Shown piece after piece: positions 1-11,924 of a stretch of DNA of 64,000 nt (positions are counted from its first letter, which is position 1; each line of letters starts with the position of its first letter). The position numbers were made by a program, and so were the translations under genes. The stretch covers positions 11,780,001-11,844,000 of the forward strand of contig JBHGNT010000018.1 in assembly GCA_043228905.1 (NCBI GenBank), in the 5' to 3' direction. Origin of the DNA: Azolla caroliniana. Taxonomy: Eukaryota; Plantae; Polypodiophyta. The notes beneath the pieces were generated by a model, which saw only the letters and a list, made by a program, of their open reading frames with translations, ran no database searches and was not told the origin of the DNA.

Positions 1-2312
1 CACTTTCCGGGGAGAAATCGGCATTCGGGCAAGAAGAAATATTGGTGGTCGGACATCTATGTGGACCCTACGGCCGAAGACCGTCACCAACAAAGATCGA
101 TGCGATTCAAGCTATGAAGGAAGTATGTGAGTCAACATCGGAAGTCCGAAGGTTTCTGGGTGCGTGTGCATTCTATCACATATGGATTCCGCACTATGCA
201 CATATAGCGGACCCGCTCTATCACTTGTTGCGGAAAGGTAAGAAATTCGAGTGGAAACCGGAACACACTAAAGCCATGAGGAAGCTCAAGAAGACACTAT
301 GGAGGGCGGAATCACTTAAGAAGCCATGCTACGAGCGGCCAATCATAGTAACGGTTGATACAAGTCCAACCGGTATCGGGTGGGTCATCAATCAAGCCGA
401 CTCGGATGGTTCGCGGTATCCGATCCGATTTGGAGCAAAGGTCCTCAACGAAAGGCAACGCGGATATGCACAAGTCAAAAGAGAATTGTGGGGAGTCGTG
501 TCGGCGATAAAATCGGATCGGGATTATTTGATCGGAGCTGAAGTGGTGATCGAGACGGATTGTCTTCCGATACTCGGGATGATGCGGTGTTGTACGATAC
601 CGGATGTGGCTATGCTAAGGTGGATTGCATATGTCAAGTCACTTAATCCGGAGGTTCGACACATCTCGGGGAAGGACAACGCGGTAGCGGACATGTTATC
701 GAGGGCGCGGTTTGAAGATGACATAACCGAATCAGATAATGAAGAAGTTTCCGAAGACTACTTCACGTCAGAACACATATGCCAAGTGAACGTGATCCGA
801 GAATTCCGGGAAGAAGAATACGAGGGGGAAACCTTGATGATCGGGAAGATGCTACAAGAGGTCGAGGATTCAACCAATGATAAAGAAAGGAGAGCCGAGA
901 TCCGAAGGAAGAAGAGGCAAGTCCAAAAGTTCTTCTTGGAAAACGGTTTAATATGGAGGACGCCGAAAAGACCGGATGGGATACCACTTCGAGTAGTCGG
1001 GACGAAAGAGCAACGAAACCGGATAATGTCCGAGTTCCACGAATCCGATTGGGCTGGACATCGAGGAACATGGGCAACTTTTGTGAAAATCAAGCAAAGA
1101 TATTGGTGGAAGAACATGTATAAAGATGTCGCGGAGTTCACAGAAAGCTGCGAGAAATGTCAAGTCTACTCCGGGGTCCGACACCGAGATGAGTTGCATC
1201 CGACATTCTCACCGACAATCAACTTCAAGTGGATGGTCGACATTGTAGCTATGCCGACCGGGATTGGACAAAAGAAATACTTGGTGTTAGCTCGAGAAGA
1301 TCTCACAAACCAAGTTGAAGGTCGAGCGCTTCGGAGGAAAACGTGTGCCGCGGTGTGCCAATTTCTTTTGGAAGAAGTGTTTTGTAGGTACGGCTGCGTA
1401 GGACAAGTGATTGCGGACCGGGGAGAACTCGACTCGGACAAAGCTAGGGGATTCTTCGCCAAACATGGAGTTCGGTTAACGTTGACAACGGCCTACAATC
1501 CGGAGGCCAACGGGAAGATCGAACGAGGACATAGTCCGATCGTGAAAGCACTTGCGAAGGCATGCGACGGAAGGGTGAAGGATTGGCCACAAATGCTTCC
1601 GTATGCACTATGGGCGGATCGGACGACGCATAGCTCCGTGACCGGTTACATGCCGGCAGAACTCATGACCGGACAAGCACCGGTAATGCCAACGGAAACC
1701 GCAATCGCGACATGGACAATACTACCGTGGAAGGAAGAGATGAGCCGGGAAGAACTACTAGCGGTCCGGATACGACAACTGGAGGGAAGACCGAAAGATG
1801 TAGCGAAAGCGTCACGCCGACAACAAGAAGCACGGTTCCGGAACAAAAGCCGGTTCGACACAAAGCACCGACTACGACCGAGGAGGATTGAAGAAGGAGA
1901 TTGGGTGATCGTCTATGATAGTAGCTTGGACCATCAACATACAACGATGCGGAAATTCGCGAAAAGGTGGTTCGGGCCGTACGAGGTTCGGAAGGTCTTC
2001 GACAACGGGACGTACCGACTGTCCGAGTTGGATGGAACAATACTACGAGTGCCTATAGCCGGGAAGCGAGTGAAGATTTTCAAGAAGCGGACTGACGACA
2101 AACCTTATGTGATCCAAGTCGAGGCCGACAACGAGGAGCAATCGGATGAAGACCACAATGATGCGGGAAGCGAAGAAAGTGGATTACAACTCATAGTCGA
2201 CATAAGGGGAGAATCGGAGGAAGCTTCGGATGAAGACGGATACGAAGAATCAAGAACTTCGGCACATACCGGAGGATGTGCGGGTTTGGAGGGGGCGAGT
2301 GTCGTAGTGTAG
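1..2312 (+). CDS. pol: Ty3/Gypsy element A pol, 5' end outside the window: RT C-terminus, RNase H, integrase
   Basis: Open 756-aa ORF. RT thumb (VRRFLG), RNase H (VDTSPTGIG, ETDC, NAVADMLSR), integrase HHCC (FHES..GHRG..CEKC), core D-D-E (WMVD, ADRG, PEANGKIER) and GPY motif (WFGPY). Domain order RT-RH-INT. Confidence 0.95.
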   Translation, partial: LSGEKSAFGQEEILVVGHLCGPYGRRPSPTKIDAIQAMKEVCESTSEVRRFLGACAFYHIWIPHYAHIADPLYHLLRKGKKFEWKPEHTKAMRKLKKTLWRAESLKKPCYERPIIVTVDTSPTGIGWVINQADSDGSRYPIRFGAKVLNERQRGYAQVKRELWGVVSAIKSDRDYLIGAEVVIETDCLPILGMMRCCTIPDVAMLRWIAYVKSLNPEVRHISGKDNAVADMLSRARFEDDITESDNEEVSEDYFTSEHICQVNVIREFREEEYEGETLMIGKMLQEVEDSTNDKERRAEIRRKKRQVQKFFLENGLIWRTPKRPDGIPLRVVGTKEQRNRIMSEFHESDWAGHRGTWATFVKIKQRYWWKNMYKDVAEFTESCEKCQVYSGVRHRDELHPTFSPTINFKWMVDIVAMPTGIGQKKYLVLAREDLTNQVEGRALRRKTCAAVCQFLLEEVFCRYGCVGQVIADRGELDSDKARGFFAKHGVRLTLTTAYNPEANGKIERGHSPIVKALAKACDGRVKDWPQMLPYALWADRTTHSSVTGYMPAELMTGQAPVMPTETAIATWTILPWKEEMSREELLAVRIRQLEGRPKDVAKASRRQQEARFRNKSRFDTKHRLRPRRIEEGDWVIVYDSSLDHQHTTMRKFAKRWFGPYEVRKVFDNGTYRLSELDGTILRVPIAGKRVKIFKKRTDDKPYVIQVEADNEEQSDEDHNDAGSEESGLQLIVDIRGESEEASDEDGYEESRTSAHTGGCAGLEGASVVV
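2288..2299 (+). promoter_or_regulatory. Polypurine tract of element A
   Basis: GGAGGGGGCGAG immediately precedes the LTR start TGTCGT. Confidence 0.8.
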
Positions 2313-3066
2313 GTTGCACACTATGTGGAAATTATATTTTTGTCCCTCCGGATAGAGAATGGAGTGCTCGGTGAGAACCGGAAGAAAACGGCATACCGGC
2401 AAGGAGGAAAACGGCATACCGGCAAGGAAGAGCCGGATAAAGAGACATAAATGTAAAAAGAAAGGAAATACTCACTACTGCGCAAGGCGTGATTTGAACT
2501 CTGCACCTCCACGTTGACAAACCCCAACCTTACCATTACATTAAATTATCTTAAGTGTTTTAAATATAGATTTAATATGTATAAGACCTTTATTTATGCA
2601 TACCTTTATTAAAAGGTAAATCGTGTATTTTTTTAATATATGAAAAAGACGAGACACTAAAAATAACTCATGCACATCTAGCGTGCATGAGCCCTATACT
2701 TAGGAAATAAAAAAGCATCACATGCACATTTAGTGGACATGAACACTTTTTGTAAAAATAAAAAAGCATGAAGCCATGCTTAGCTCTTCCTTCCTTATAT
2801 AAGGAGGAGAGAAATATGTAAAGGGTTGTTGATTATTTGGATTAAGTATTAATCAATACAAAAATTATTCGTGGGATTCACGATTTATACATCTACTTCT
2901 CTCTTAACACCCTAAGTACCAATTAATATAGTATACTCGTGTGATTCACGAGTTTCTTATCTTTCTCTTCGCTATTTATTCATAATTAATCTCTATCTCA
3001 CGAACTTCTTTCTCCTAGTCCAAGACCTCTGTGGTTCCCACCCGACTCACGCAACGATCCGGAGCC

Positions 3067-3570
3067 TGTTGTTGCTTTTAGGGTTAGGGTTAAGGATGAT
3101 GAATGATAAAGATAGACATGGTGGTCATGATGAGGATGATGAAGAGCATGATGATGAGAGATCGTATAGAGAAGCATAGAGAAGCATTGCGGGGTGGGGG
3201 GTGGTGCCTAGAATGGCTCCACCCCCCTCCCAAGGGGATTCAACGTTGAGGGGAAGAGAGAGAGAGAAAGAGGGATGACAAGAGAGAGATTAGGAGAGAA
3301 AATGGTTCATTCTTCATTCATTCCCCATAAGGGGTTAAATAGTACAAGAGGGGGTAGTTACAAAGGGGTGTAAGCTCCATAGAGCATTCATACTGGACAC
3401 TCACTCACACCTCATCGTATCCCTCCACATGCACATACGTGTGCATGTGTTCACATACATATCAACTCACAATTACATTTATGTTCCCTACACATATACA
3501 ACATCATCATGATAATATTCGACCCTCGCTCATCACACTTGACTCTCCGTACAACTCGTACGGGGTAACA
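3067..3570 (-). repeat. 3' LTR of element B
   Basis: Direct repeat of 5587-6090. Confidence 0.92.
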
Positions 3571-3574
3571 CATA

Positions 3575-3614
3575 TGGCACGCCCGTGGGAAAGTGCGTTG
3601 CACGTCGATCCCAC
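3575..3614 (-). other. tRNA-3'-end-like motif at the PPT position of element B
   Basis: Sense strand reads GTGGGATCGACGTGCAACGCACTTTCCCACGGGCGTGCCA, then TATG, then the LTR. No purine tract. Confidence 0.75.
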
Positions 3615-5570
3615 ATGCCTTGATGATGATATCTCTTCGATCGGAACTTCCATCGGTCCTTTCAACGATCGACTCCCTCGATTGGAGCGCTTGACTCGAT
3701 CATCTCCATCGGTCAGCGACTTTTCCGCGACACGAACATTCTCATTCTGTCGTCTTACGAACTTTGGTATCCTCTTTCGGGTCCTTAAAAATGTTGTGTG
3801 CATGTATGTTATTCTTTGTTGATTTTGTGAGTTGTCATGGTCGATCACGTCCATTTCTTTAGGTGGATGAGATTTCAAAATTTCATAGGTGCCCTTTGAT
3901 TTTTTAAAATTTTCTTATATACCCTCATCTTTCTTCTTTCCTTCTCTTCTTTCCCTCTTCTTTTCCATTTCTGTTACTACTTCTTTCTTTCTTTCTCGCC
4001 TGCTTTCTTCTTCCTCATTCTTTCTTCCCGTTCTTCCTTATTCTTCCGTGTATGCCTTTCTCTCTCTTCTTTCTGTCTCTTCTTTCTGTTTCTCAGACTG
4101 CATCATCTTCTTCTTTCTCTTCTTCATTCACCACTGCTATGTCCATTGTCCGTTGCTTCCCATCCTTCTACTCCCTGTCGTTTCCTGTTTTCTTCTTCCT
4201 CTTTCTATTTCTCCATCTTCTTCTATGCCTATCGCTTTCTTGCTTCTCTGTTTCTGTTTCTTCTTATTTTCTTCGTATTTCTTCCTTTGTTTTGACGCAT
4301 CCCGTCGGCCTCCTGTTAGGTCTGCGCCTGTGGTGGTTGTCGGCTCTTCCGAGGTCTCTGTCTCTCTATTCATCCACTGGTTGTTGTCCGGCCATCCGTT
4401 GTCCGATCGTCGTCCCATTCCGGCCGTTGTTTGGCGGTTCTTTGTCCAGCCCGTCTGGCCACTCCGACCACTGTTCGGCTATTCTAGATGCTGCGGTCGC
4501 TCCTCGGCCACTGTTTGGCCGTCGTGGCCATCTCCGACCGCTGCTGTCGTCCTTGTCCGGCAACCTCCATTCCGACGCCGTTCGGCCACTACGACCGCTC
4601 TTAGGTCGCTCTTCCGTCTCTGTCGGTGTCTGGTCGTCTGTCTATTTCTCTATCTCCGTAGCGCTTTTGGTATTGATGTCAACGACCCTTCGGTCCCGGA
4701 CATTCTGTTCATTTGTCCGGCCCATTCCGGTCAGTCTCTGTTTGTCACCATCGCTTTGTGATTGGCCGCCTCTATTCGGACGCATATCCCACCGCGACTG
4801 TTTGTTCTTTGTCATTGTTTCGGTCGTAGCTCGGTCCGGCGCCATTCAGCCACTCCAACTGCTCTTCGGTCGCTCTCCGGTCGGAGCTTTTCCGGCTTCA
4901 CCTCCATCTCTATCTATCTTGGTGCTGTCGACCGCTCTTCCGCTTCTATCCGGTGATACCGGCTTCCCTATCGTCCCTGTCCGGTGCCTGTGTGCCTTCT
5001 GTCCGGCAATGTTGCCCCATGGTCGCCATTGTTAGTCTCGTCCGGTATTCGACCTAGGGTTTGCTCGTGGCTTTCTGGTGTCTCTGGTCCTCGATGTCTG
5101 GTCTGCTTTTGCATCTCCTTCTCCGTCTTCTATGGCCATTCGATGTGAACCAAGTCTGGTTCTTGCTCCGATTCCGGTTTCGACTCTTTCTGCGTTGCTT
5201 CGTCTGGAACCATCTCTCGTGCACTCTCAGCACATCCTGCCGGCCTCCGCTCCACACACTGCGTCTTTTCCACCGCAGTCTCCTGGTGGGCTTCTCTTAC
5301 CGGTCGTGCTTGCACCGGTTCTCTTTGCGTCGCTGTTTGTCCAGCCGTGCATCTTGCACCACGCTTCGAACACGCACATTGTCACTAACCGCATTCGGAA
5401 ACACGTACATGGACACCAATCGCAACCTTACATAAACACCGTTCCATTCATGAATTCTTTCATCGCATTGTCATTTCCTGTACTCACACAAATATGTCGC
5501 TATGGCCTTCGCTATGGCCTTCATCACCGCGTATCATTCTTTGACTCCGTTTCCAAAGGGGGGTCGCCGT

Positions 5571-5581
5571 AGTGGTCGCCA
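5571..5581 (-). promoter_or_regulatory. Primer binding site of element B (tRNA-Arg-like)
   Basis: TGGCGACCACT, 5 nt inside the LTR. Same PBS core as element F. Confidence 0.75.
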
Positions 5582-5586
5582 AAATG

Positions 5587-6090
5587 TGTTGTTGCTTTTA
5601 GGGTTAGGGTTAAGGATGATGAATGATAAAGATAGACATGCTGGTCATGATGAGGATGATGAAGAGCATGATGATGAGAGATCGTATAGAGAAGCATAGA
5701 GAAGCATTGCGGGGTGGGGGGTGGTGCCTAGAATGGCTCCACCCCCCTCCCAAGGGGATTCAACGTTGAGGGGAAGAGAGAGAGAGAAAGAGGGATGACA
5801 AGAGAGAGATTAGGAGAGAAAATGGTTCATTCTTCATTCATTCCCCATAAGGGGTTAAATAGTACAAGAGGGGGTAGTTACAAAGGGGTGTAAGCTCCAT
5901 AGAGCATTCATACTGGACACTCACTCACACCTCATCGTATCCCTCCACATGCACATACGTGTGCATGTGTTCACATACATATCAACTCACAATTACATTT
6001 ATGTTCCCTACACATATACAACATCATCATGATAATATTCGACCCTCGCTCATCACACTTGACTCTCCGTACAACTCGTACGGGGTAACA
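5587..6090 (-). repeat. 5' LTR of element B
   Basis: Direct repeat of 3067-3570, adjacent to the PBS. Confidence 0.92.
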
Positions 6091-6108
6091 GAGCCGAAAG
6101 GCACGACA

Positions 6109-6923
6109 CAGCACATAGTGATACTGAATCTCTATGTGTTTAGTACGTGCATGAAATACGGGGTTCTTGGCAATGGCCATGAAACTCTGATTGTCACACC
6201 TCAATACCGTTGCCGTCCTTATTGGAACCACCACATCCATAAGGATTCTTCTTAGCCAAACTACCTCGCATGCCGCTATGCATGCTGCTTTGTATTCTGC
6301 CTCCATTGAAGATAGTGCCACTGTTGGTTGTTTTTTACTAGTCCATGAAACAACTCTAGAGCCTATTGAAAAACAATATCCAGAAACTGATTTTTTTGAA
6401 TCACTATCTCCAGCCCAGTTAGAGTCGCAATACCCACTAAGTTCACCAATTGTTGGCTTGTAGAAGATTCCGTAATTTAAAGTACTCACAATGTACTTTA
6501 ATACATGTAGTGCAACTTTCCAATGAGTCTCCTTTGGTTTGTTGCTGAATTGACTCACCACATTGACTGCAAAACATATATCCGGCCTAGTGTTGCATAG
6601 GATAATTAAACTTCCTACTAGTTGTCTATACTTCCTTATGTCAACCATTGGTGATGGGTCTTCTTGGGATAGCTTGCAGTTTGACTCCATTGGAGTAGAC
6701 TTCGACTTGCTGTCCATCATTCCAAAGGTCTTCAAGATCTCTGTTGCATACTTTCTTTGTGACATGAAGATGCCAACCGAGGTTTGCCAAACCTCAATTC
6801 CTAGGAAGTAGTGTAGAATCCCCAAGTCTGTCATTTCAAACTTAGTTTTCAAACACTCTTGTGTTTGGCCAATACACTCTTCATGGTCATTAGTAAGTAC
6901 TAGATCATCCACATAAATGATGA
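6109..6923 (-). pseudogene. Copia fragment C (RT C-terminus and RNase H), host of element A
   Basis: YVDD, TRPDI, GYCDSNWAG, LSSMEAEY, HARTKHIEIQYHY. Cut by A's LTR on the left and D's LTR on the right. Confidence 0.9.
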
Positions 6924-9900
6924 TGATGAAGAAGAACCTGTGTATGCGAGAGCAAGATAGACATAGAGAGGGAGAGAGAGAGAGAGAGAGGCACAAAATG
7001 AACGTTATATTGCAATAGCAATTGTTACAAAATGACAACCAACAACAACCCTCACTAAAGGTTACAAAGTCCCTTTATATAGTGACTATCCTAGGGCAAC
7101 TACCCTTTATGCTATTTACAGAAATAGCCCGAACTTGGGCTGTCCAAAGGGACTGTGTGAATACGGCCATTATACACTCGTATTCGACACTCCCCCGTAA
7201 TGGGCGTATACATGGGTTATCTTAAAGGATTACAGGTATATATACAAGGTTTATCAGACAGATCGGTTTTGTCAGAGTCGGCAAGATCCGAAGATAGAAG
7301 ACCGAACCAGTCGGGTCGGAAGAGCTGAAGCCGATCCTCAGAGAACCGATGTCGGTGGTCTGAAACCGTCCTGTGTTGTGTGTCCGATTTTAACCAGACC
7401 GATTTTTCGTTACGCCCATCTGGTGCGGAAGGGACCAGAAACGATCCGCCGAAAGACACTTGGTCATTCCATCTGCGACATTATCGGTTGTGGATATCTT
7501 CTCTAGACTGATTTTCCCGGAAATGACGCAGTCCCGAACGAAGTGATATCGAACGTCGATATGCTTAGAGGCGTTGTGGTGAACCGGATTTTTTGACAAA
7601 GCAACAACACCCTGACTGTAGTTGTAGACAACTGGAGCCGAGTCGGAGTTGACTTGTTGAAACGTGTGCGCCAGCTGACCGAGCCATAAAGCTTCTTTTG
7701 TCGCGTCGGACGCAGCTACATATTCTGCTTCGGTCGTTGAGGCGGCTGTGCATTCCTGAAGTTTCGACTTCCACGAGATTGCTCCATTGCCGAATTTGAA
7801 GCAGTATCCGGTTGTTGATTTCCGACTGTCCACATAGCCGACGAAGTCTGAGTCGGTGTAACCGACTACGCCTGAGGTTGAGTTCGGGCCGAAAAGAATG
7901 TCATGGTCTTTTGTGCCAGCTAGATATCTGAACACATACTTGACTGCGTTCCAGTGCGATCGGCTGGGGTTGTGCATGAATCTGCTGACGACTCCTACGG
8001 TGTGAGAAATATCAGGCTGTGTCACGACCATCGCTTACATAAGGGAGCCGACTGTTGGTGCATATGGTACCGACTTCATATCTTCCCCCTCCGGACCGGA
8101 TGTCGGGCAGTCTCGCTGAGACAGCCGAAGGTTAATGGGGAGCGGGGTCGAAGCAGACTTGGCCGAGTGCATGTTGAAGCGTTCCAAGACACGTCGGATG
8201 TAGTCGGTTTGAGACAAGGAAAGTTGTCGTTTATCACGATGCCGATTGATTTTCATACCAAAGATGTGTCTTGCCGGACCGAGGTCCTTCATGGAAAACT
8301 TCAATCGCAGTTTCCGAATGAGTTCGGTGAGCTCTCCGGCATGCCGGCCAGAGAGGAGCATGTCATCCACGTAGATGATGAGGAAGACGGGAGACCCGTC
8401 TTGAGTTGTTTTGGTAAAGAGACAGTGGTCCTCATTGCTCTTTGAGAAGCCGACCGATTGGATGAAGTCGTCAAACTTCTTGTACCACTGTCAGGGTGCC
8501 TGTTTGAGGCCGTAGAGACTCTTCCTGAGTCGGCAGACTAGATGTTCCTGGCCGGATGCCACAAAGCCTTTCGGCTGTTCCATATAGATTTCCTCCTGTA
8601 GGTCACCGTGGAGGAATGCCATTTTTACATCTAGCTGAATCAGCTCCAAGTTGTTGGCGGCCATGACGCCGAGCATGAAACGAAGGGTCGTCATTTTCAC
8701 CACTGGTGAAAAGATTTCGTCGAAGTCGACGCCATATTCTTGTTGAAATCCCTTCACAACTAATCTGGCCTTGTACTTTGGGGTGGTCGAGTCAGACGTC
8801 TCTTTTAGTCGATAGACCCACTTACACGGAAGAGCACGTCGATTCTTCGGCAATTCGACCAAGTCCCAAGTCTTGTTTGCCCGAATGGAGTGCATTTCCG
8901 ACTCCATCGCCAGATGCCATGTGGCTGAATCGGTAGATGCTAATGCTTCTTCATAAGATGTTGGTTCGCCGGCGTCGGTAAAGAAAATTCCGGGAGAGTA
9001 CCTCTCCGGAGGTTGCGATAGTCTCTCGGATCTGTGAGGTATTACTGGACTAGTCGCACTGGGTGTCAATGTCGGATGGTCGGGAGCCGAGCCGAGCCAT
9101 TCAGCTGTGCCGAATCGGTGGATTTAGTGCGAGAGTTGTCGGTTACCCGTGACACAGATCTCGTGTTATGGGCTGGGCCATCATGAAGGGTTGGCACTTC
9201 GGAAAATATTACCCTTCGGACTTCAATAGGCCTTTCGGCCGTTTTATGCATAGCCAACTCGTTGAACACGAGGTTCGAACTTCCGACGATTTGTCTGTGC
9301 TCGGGGTCCCAGAGTCGGTATCCGATCTCGCCATCGGGTCCATATCCAAGAAAAACACATTTCCTTGACCTTGGTTCGAGTTTCCAGTGGTTGTCTTTCG
9401 GTATAAGAGCATATGCCTCGCAACTGAAGATGCTCAGTTTGTCATAGTTCGGCTTACTGCCGGTCCATATTTCCTGAGGTATTTGAAGTCCTAGAGGTCT
9501 ATTTGGTGACATATTTATTATGTGTACTACCGTAAGTAGAGCCTCCACCCAGAAGCCATCTGATAGTCCAGAGTGTTGGAGCATGGATACTACGCGTTCT
9601 TGAATCATCTGATTCATGCGTTCAGCAATTCTGTTCTGCTCCGGACTATAAGGTGTCGTATATTCACGTCGAATGCCGCATTCCTGGTAGAATTTGACGA
9701 ATTCTTCAGACTTGATTTCTCCTCCATTGTCGGTTTGGAGACATTTCAGAATTGGTGATCTGAAAAGGAGAGTTTGGGGATGTAACCGGCTCTGGATAGG
9801 TGCGTTATGCCAGCCTTGCTGAGGTGTCCAAGTCGTCTGTGCCATAACGATGACACGGGGATATCAACCAAAAATAAGTCACCCTCTTTGAGTGTGACAT

Positions 9901-11924
9901 ATAAAGGATACAAGGAATGTACCTTTGGTCCTCGAGCAAGCAGGAGCTTCCCTTTGTGGAGTGTCCACCCTCTTGATGAGAATCCGGCATGGATGCCGGC
10001 TTCGTCAAGTTGTCCGACTGAGATCAAGGGTCTTGAGAGCTCAGGAACGTGTCGGACGTTGTGTAGTACGAGTGTAGAACCTTCCGGAAGATTGAGCTCT
10101 ACGGTGCCGATTCCGATTATAGCACAGTGCTGCGAGTTTCCGACTCGAACTAAGTCTGAGTGCCAGTCCAAGTATTGCCGAAACTGAGGTCGGTGAGGTG
10201 TCACATGATACGATGCGCCCGAGTCTAGGAGCCATGTGCTCGATTCCTCAGTCGTAAGCAGAACTTCTGATTCGACTGGGTTCTCTATGGATAGTATGTT
10301 CGGGTCGGTCGTCAAAATTTCGGCTGAAGAGCCGACGTAGTTGACCTCCTCATGCCGGCTACTCTTCTGATCCGCTCTCTGAGCTTTGTCGGTTTTTGCT
10401 TTGAGTGCTCGGTAGTCGGCTTTGATGTGTCCCGATTTCTTGCAAGAGTTGCAGATTCGGTTGTCCCGAGACTTGCTCTGGCTTCGCTGATTGTTCGGCG
10501 GTCGAGAAGAACTTCTTCCCCGGTTGCTCAATCGGTCGGTTGAACCTTGTACTATGTAAGCTTCATCTACCGAGTCTTTGGCGAAAGACTTTCTCCGAGC
10601 TGCTTCAGTCAGGATTGCGCTTGTGACTTCGGAGTTCTTAACTGCAACTGTTGAAGCATTGCACACAGTTGTAACGAAAGTTTCCCATGAAGAGGGGAGA
10701 CTACTCATGAGTATCATGGCTCTAAGTTCATCCTCGATTGCCGTCCCCTGAGACAAGACTTGGGAGCTTATTCTTTCGTACTCATTGAGGTGTGCCTGAA
10801 CTGAATCAGATTCTTTCATCTACAAGTTGTAGAGGCGCCGGATCAGATACATCTTCGATGTGGCAACCTTCTTTTCATAAGTTTCCGAGAGTGTTTTCCA
10901 AAGTTCAAACGTTGTCGTGCATGATTGCACTGTGAAGTACACTGACTCCGACAAGTGCATCTGAATCATGGCGCGAACGATTCTATCTAGCTTTAGCCAC
11001 TCGTTCGCCTTATATGCTTCTAGAGGATTTTCATTCTCAATCGGGTCTATCTGACCCCTTGACTATGAGATAGTCCTGCATTTGTTCCTTCCAGAAGTTG
11101 AAGTTCGAGCCGTCGAACCTCCTTAGACTCATCTCCAATGAGCCGGATGTTGATGCCATCTGCTTCGGTTTCGGTTGGTAAGACTCGGTTCGGAGTTGAC
11201 TACGAACCTTAGTGGGGTGCAGCCGGTCGGCTCACCTAATATCGTTCTAGTCGGTTTTGAACCCGAGCCGATTTGGTTTCGGATACTTGTTCGGAGTGAC
11301 TCCGGTAACTTGAGGGACAAAACCAGTTGGTCTTCCCGAATGTTGCCAAGTTGGAGTGAGCCCAGTTAGCTTCTGATTGTATGCCTAATACCGATTACAC
11401 GAAACCAATTGTTTGGGCCGATTCTGCTTTGGATGACTGCAGCGATGAGAGGGACGGATCCGATTGATCCTCCCAAATGTCGATCAGCCGAGTGAAGCAC
11501 GAAGTGGTTGGTTGTTTCTCAAGGACCTCCCCTCAGGCGGTTACAATTGCAGGAACAGAGTACAACCGACTGGCTTACTCCAATTTGTGATTTAACATAG
11601 TGAGATGCGAGATTTTTGTTTTTCTTCTCCCTTCTCTGTTCTTCAAAGAAAACAAAAAACAGAATGTTGTGCGATGACGGCTGACAGCAGGTTGAAGAAC
11701 CTCCAACACTCTAATACCAAATGTTGGGGACAAGGCCGTCGGTGCGGAAGTGCAAGCAACATTCGTGATGAAGAAGAACCTGTGTATGCGCGAGCAAGAT
11801 AGACATAGAGGGAGAGAGAGAGAGAGAGAGAGGCACAAAATGAACGTTATATTGCAATAGCAATCGTTACAAAATGACAACCAACAACAACCCTCACTAA
11901 AGGTTACAAAGTCACTTTATATAG
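6924..11924 (-). mobile_element. Copia element D, decayed, both LTRs truncated on their outer sides
   Basis: LTR parts 6924-7189 and 11722-11924, sharing about 160 bp. PBS TGGTATTAGAG (iMet-like) at 11709-11719. PPT GGGGGAG at 7190-7196. No TSD recoverable. Confidence 0.88.
7390..11159 (-). pseudogene. Element D gag-pol with stops, frameshifts and a deletion at the integrase N-terminus
   Basis: gag (SLPSSW, zinc-knuckle remnant), protease WLLDSGAS, LWHRRLGH, integrase TDNGGE and [31 protein letters not shown], RNase H YTDSD and KHIDVRYHF. Confidence 0.9.

Larger units (their letters stand above)
3067..6090 (-). mobile_element. Element B: young non-autonomous LTR retroelement (TRIM/LARD-like, about 2 kb non-coding interior)
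   Basis: Two 504-bp LTRs (3067-3570, 5587-6090; TG...CA) with one difference seen. Perfect TSD GAGCC (3062-3066, 6091-6095). No gag/pol motifs inside. Confidence 0.92.
2300..6108 (+). repeat. 3' LTR of element A (about 780 bp: 2300-3066 plus 6096-6108), interrupted by element B
   Basis: Starts TGTCGT after the PPT and ends ACGACA at 6108 (terminal inverted repeat). Copia coding sequence follows directly. Confidence 0.8.

Noticed and set aside
3077-3095. Telomere-like TTTAGGGTTAGGGTTAAGG
   Set aside because: Only 2-3 imperfect units within an LTR; telo-box-like motifs are common in plant DNA.
3889-5035. Long hydrophobic plus-strand ORFs (290 and 327 aa) inside element B
   Set aside because: They arise from CT-rich low-complexity sequence that lacks stops. 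No recognisable domain, and they are antisense to the element.
5971-7038. 355-aa ORF as a single gene
   Set aside because: Chimeric: starts in D's LTR, crosses Copia fragment C, and runs into the LTRs of A and B.
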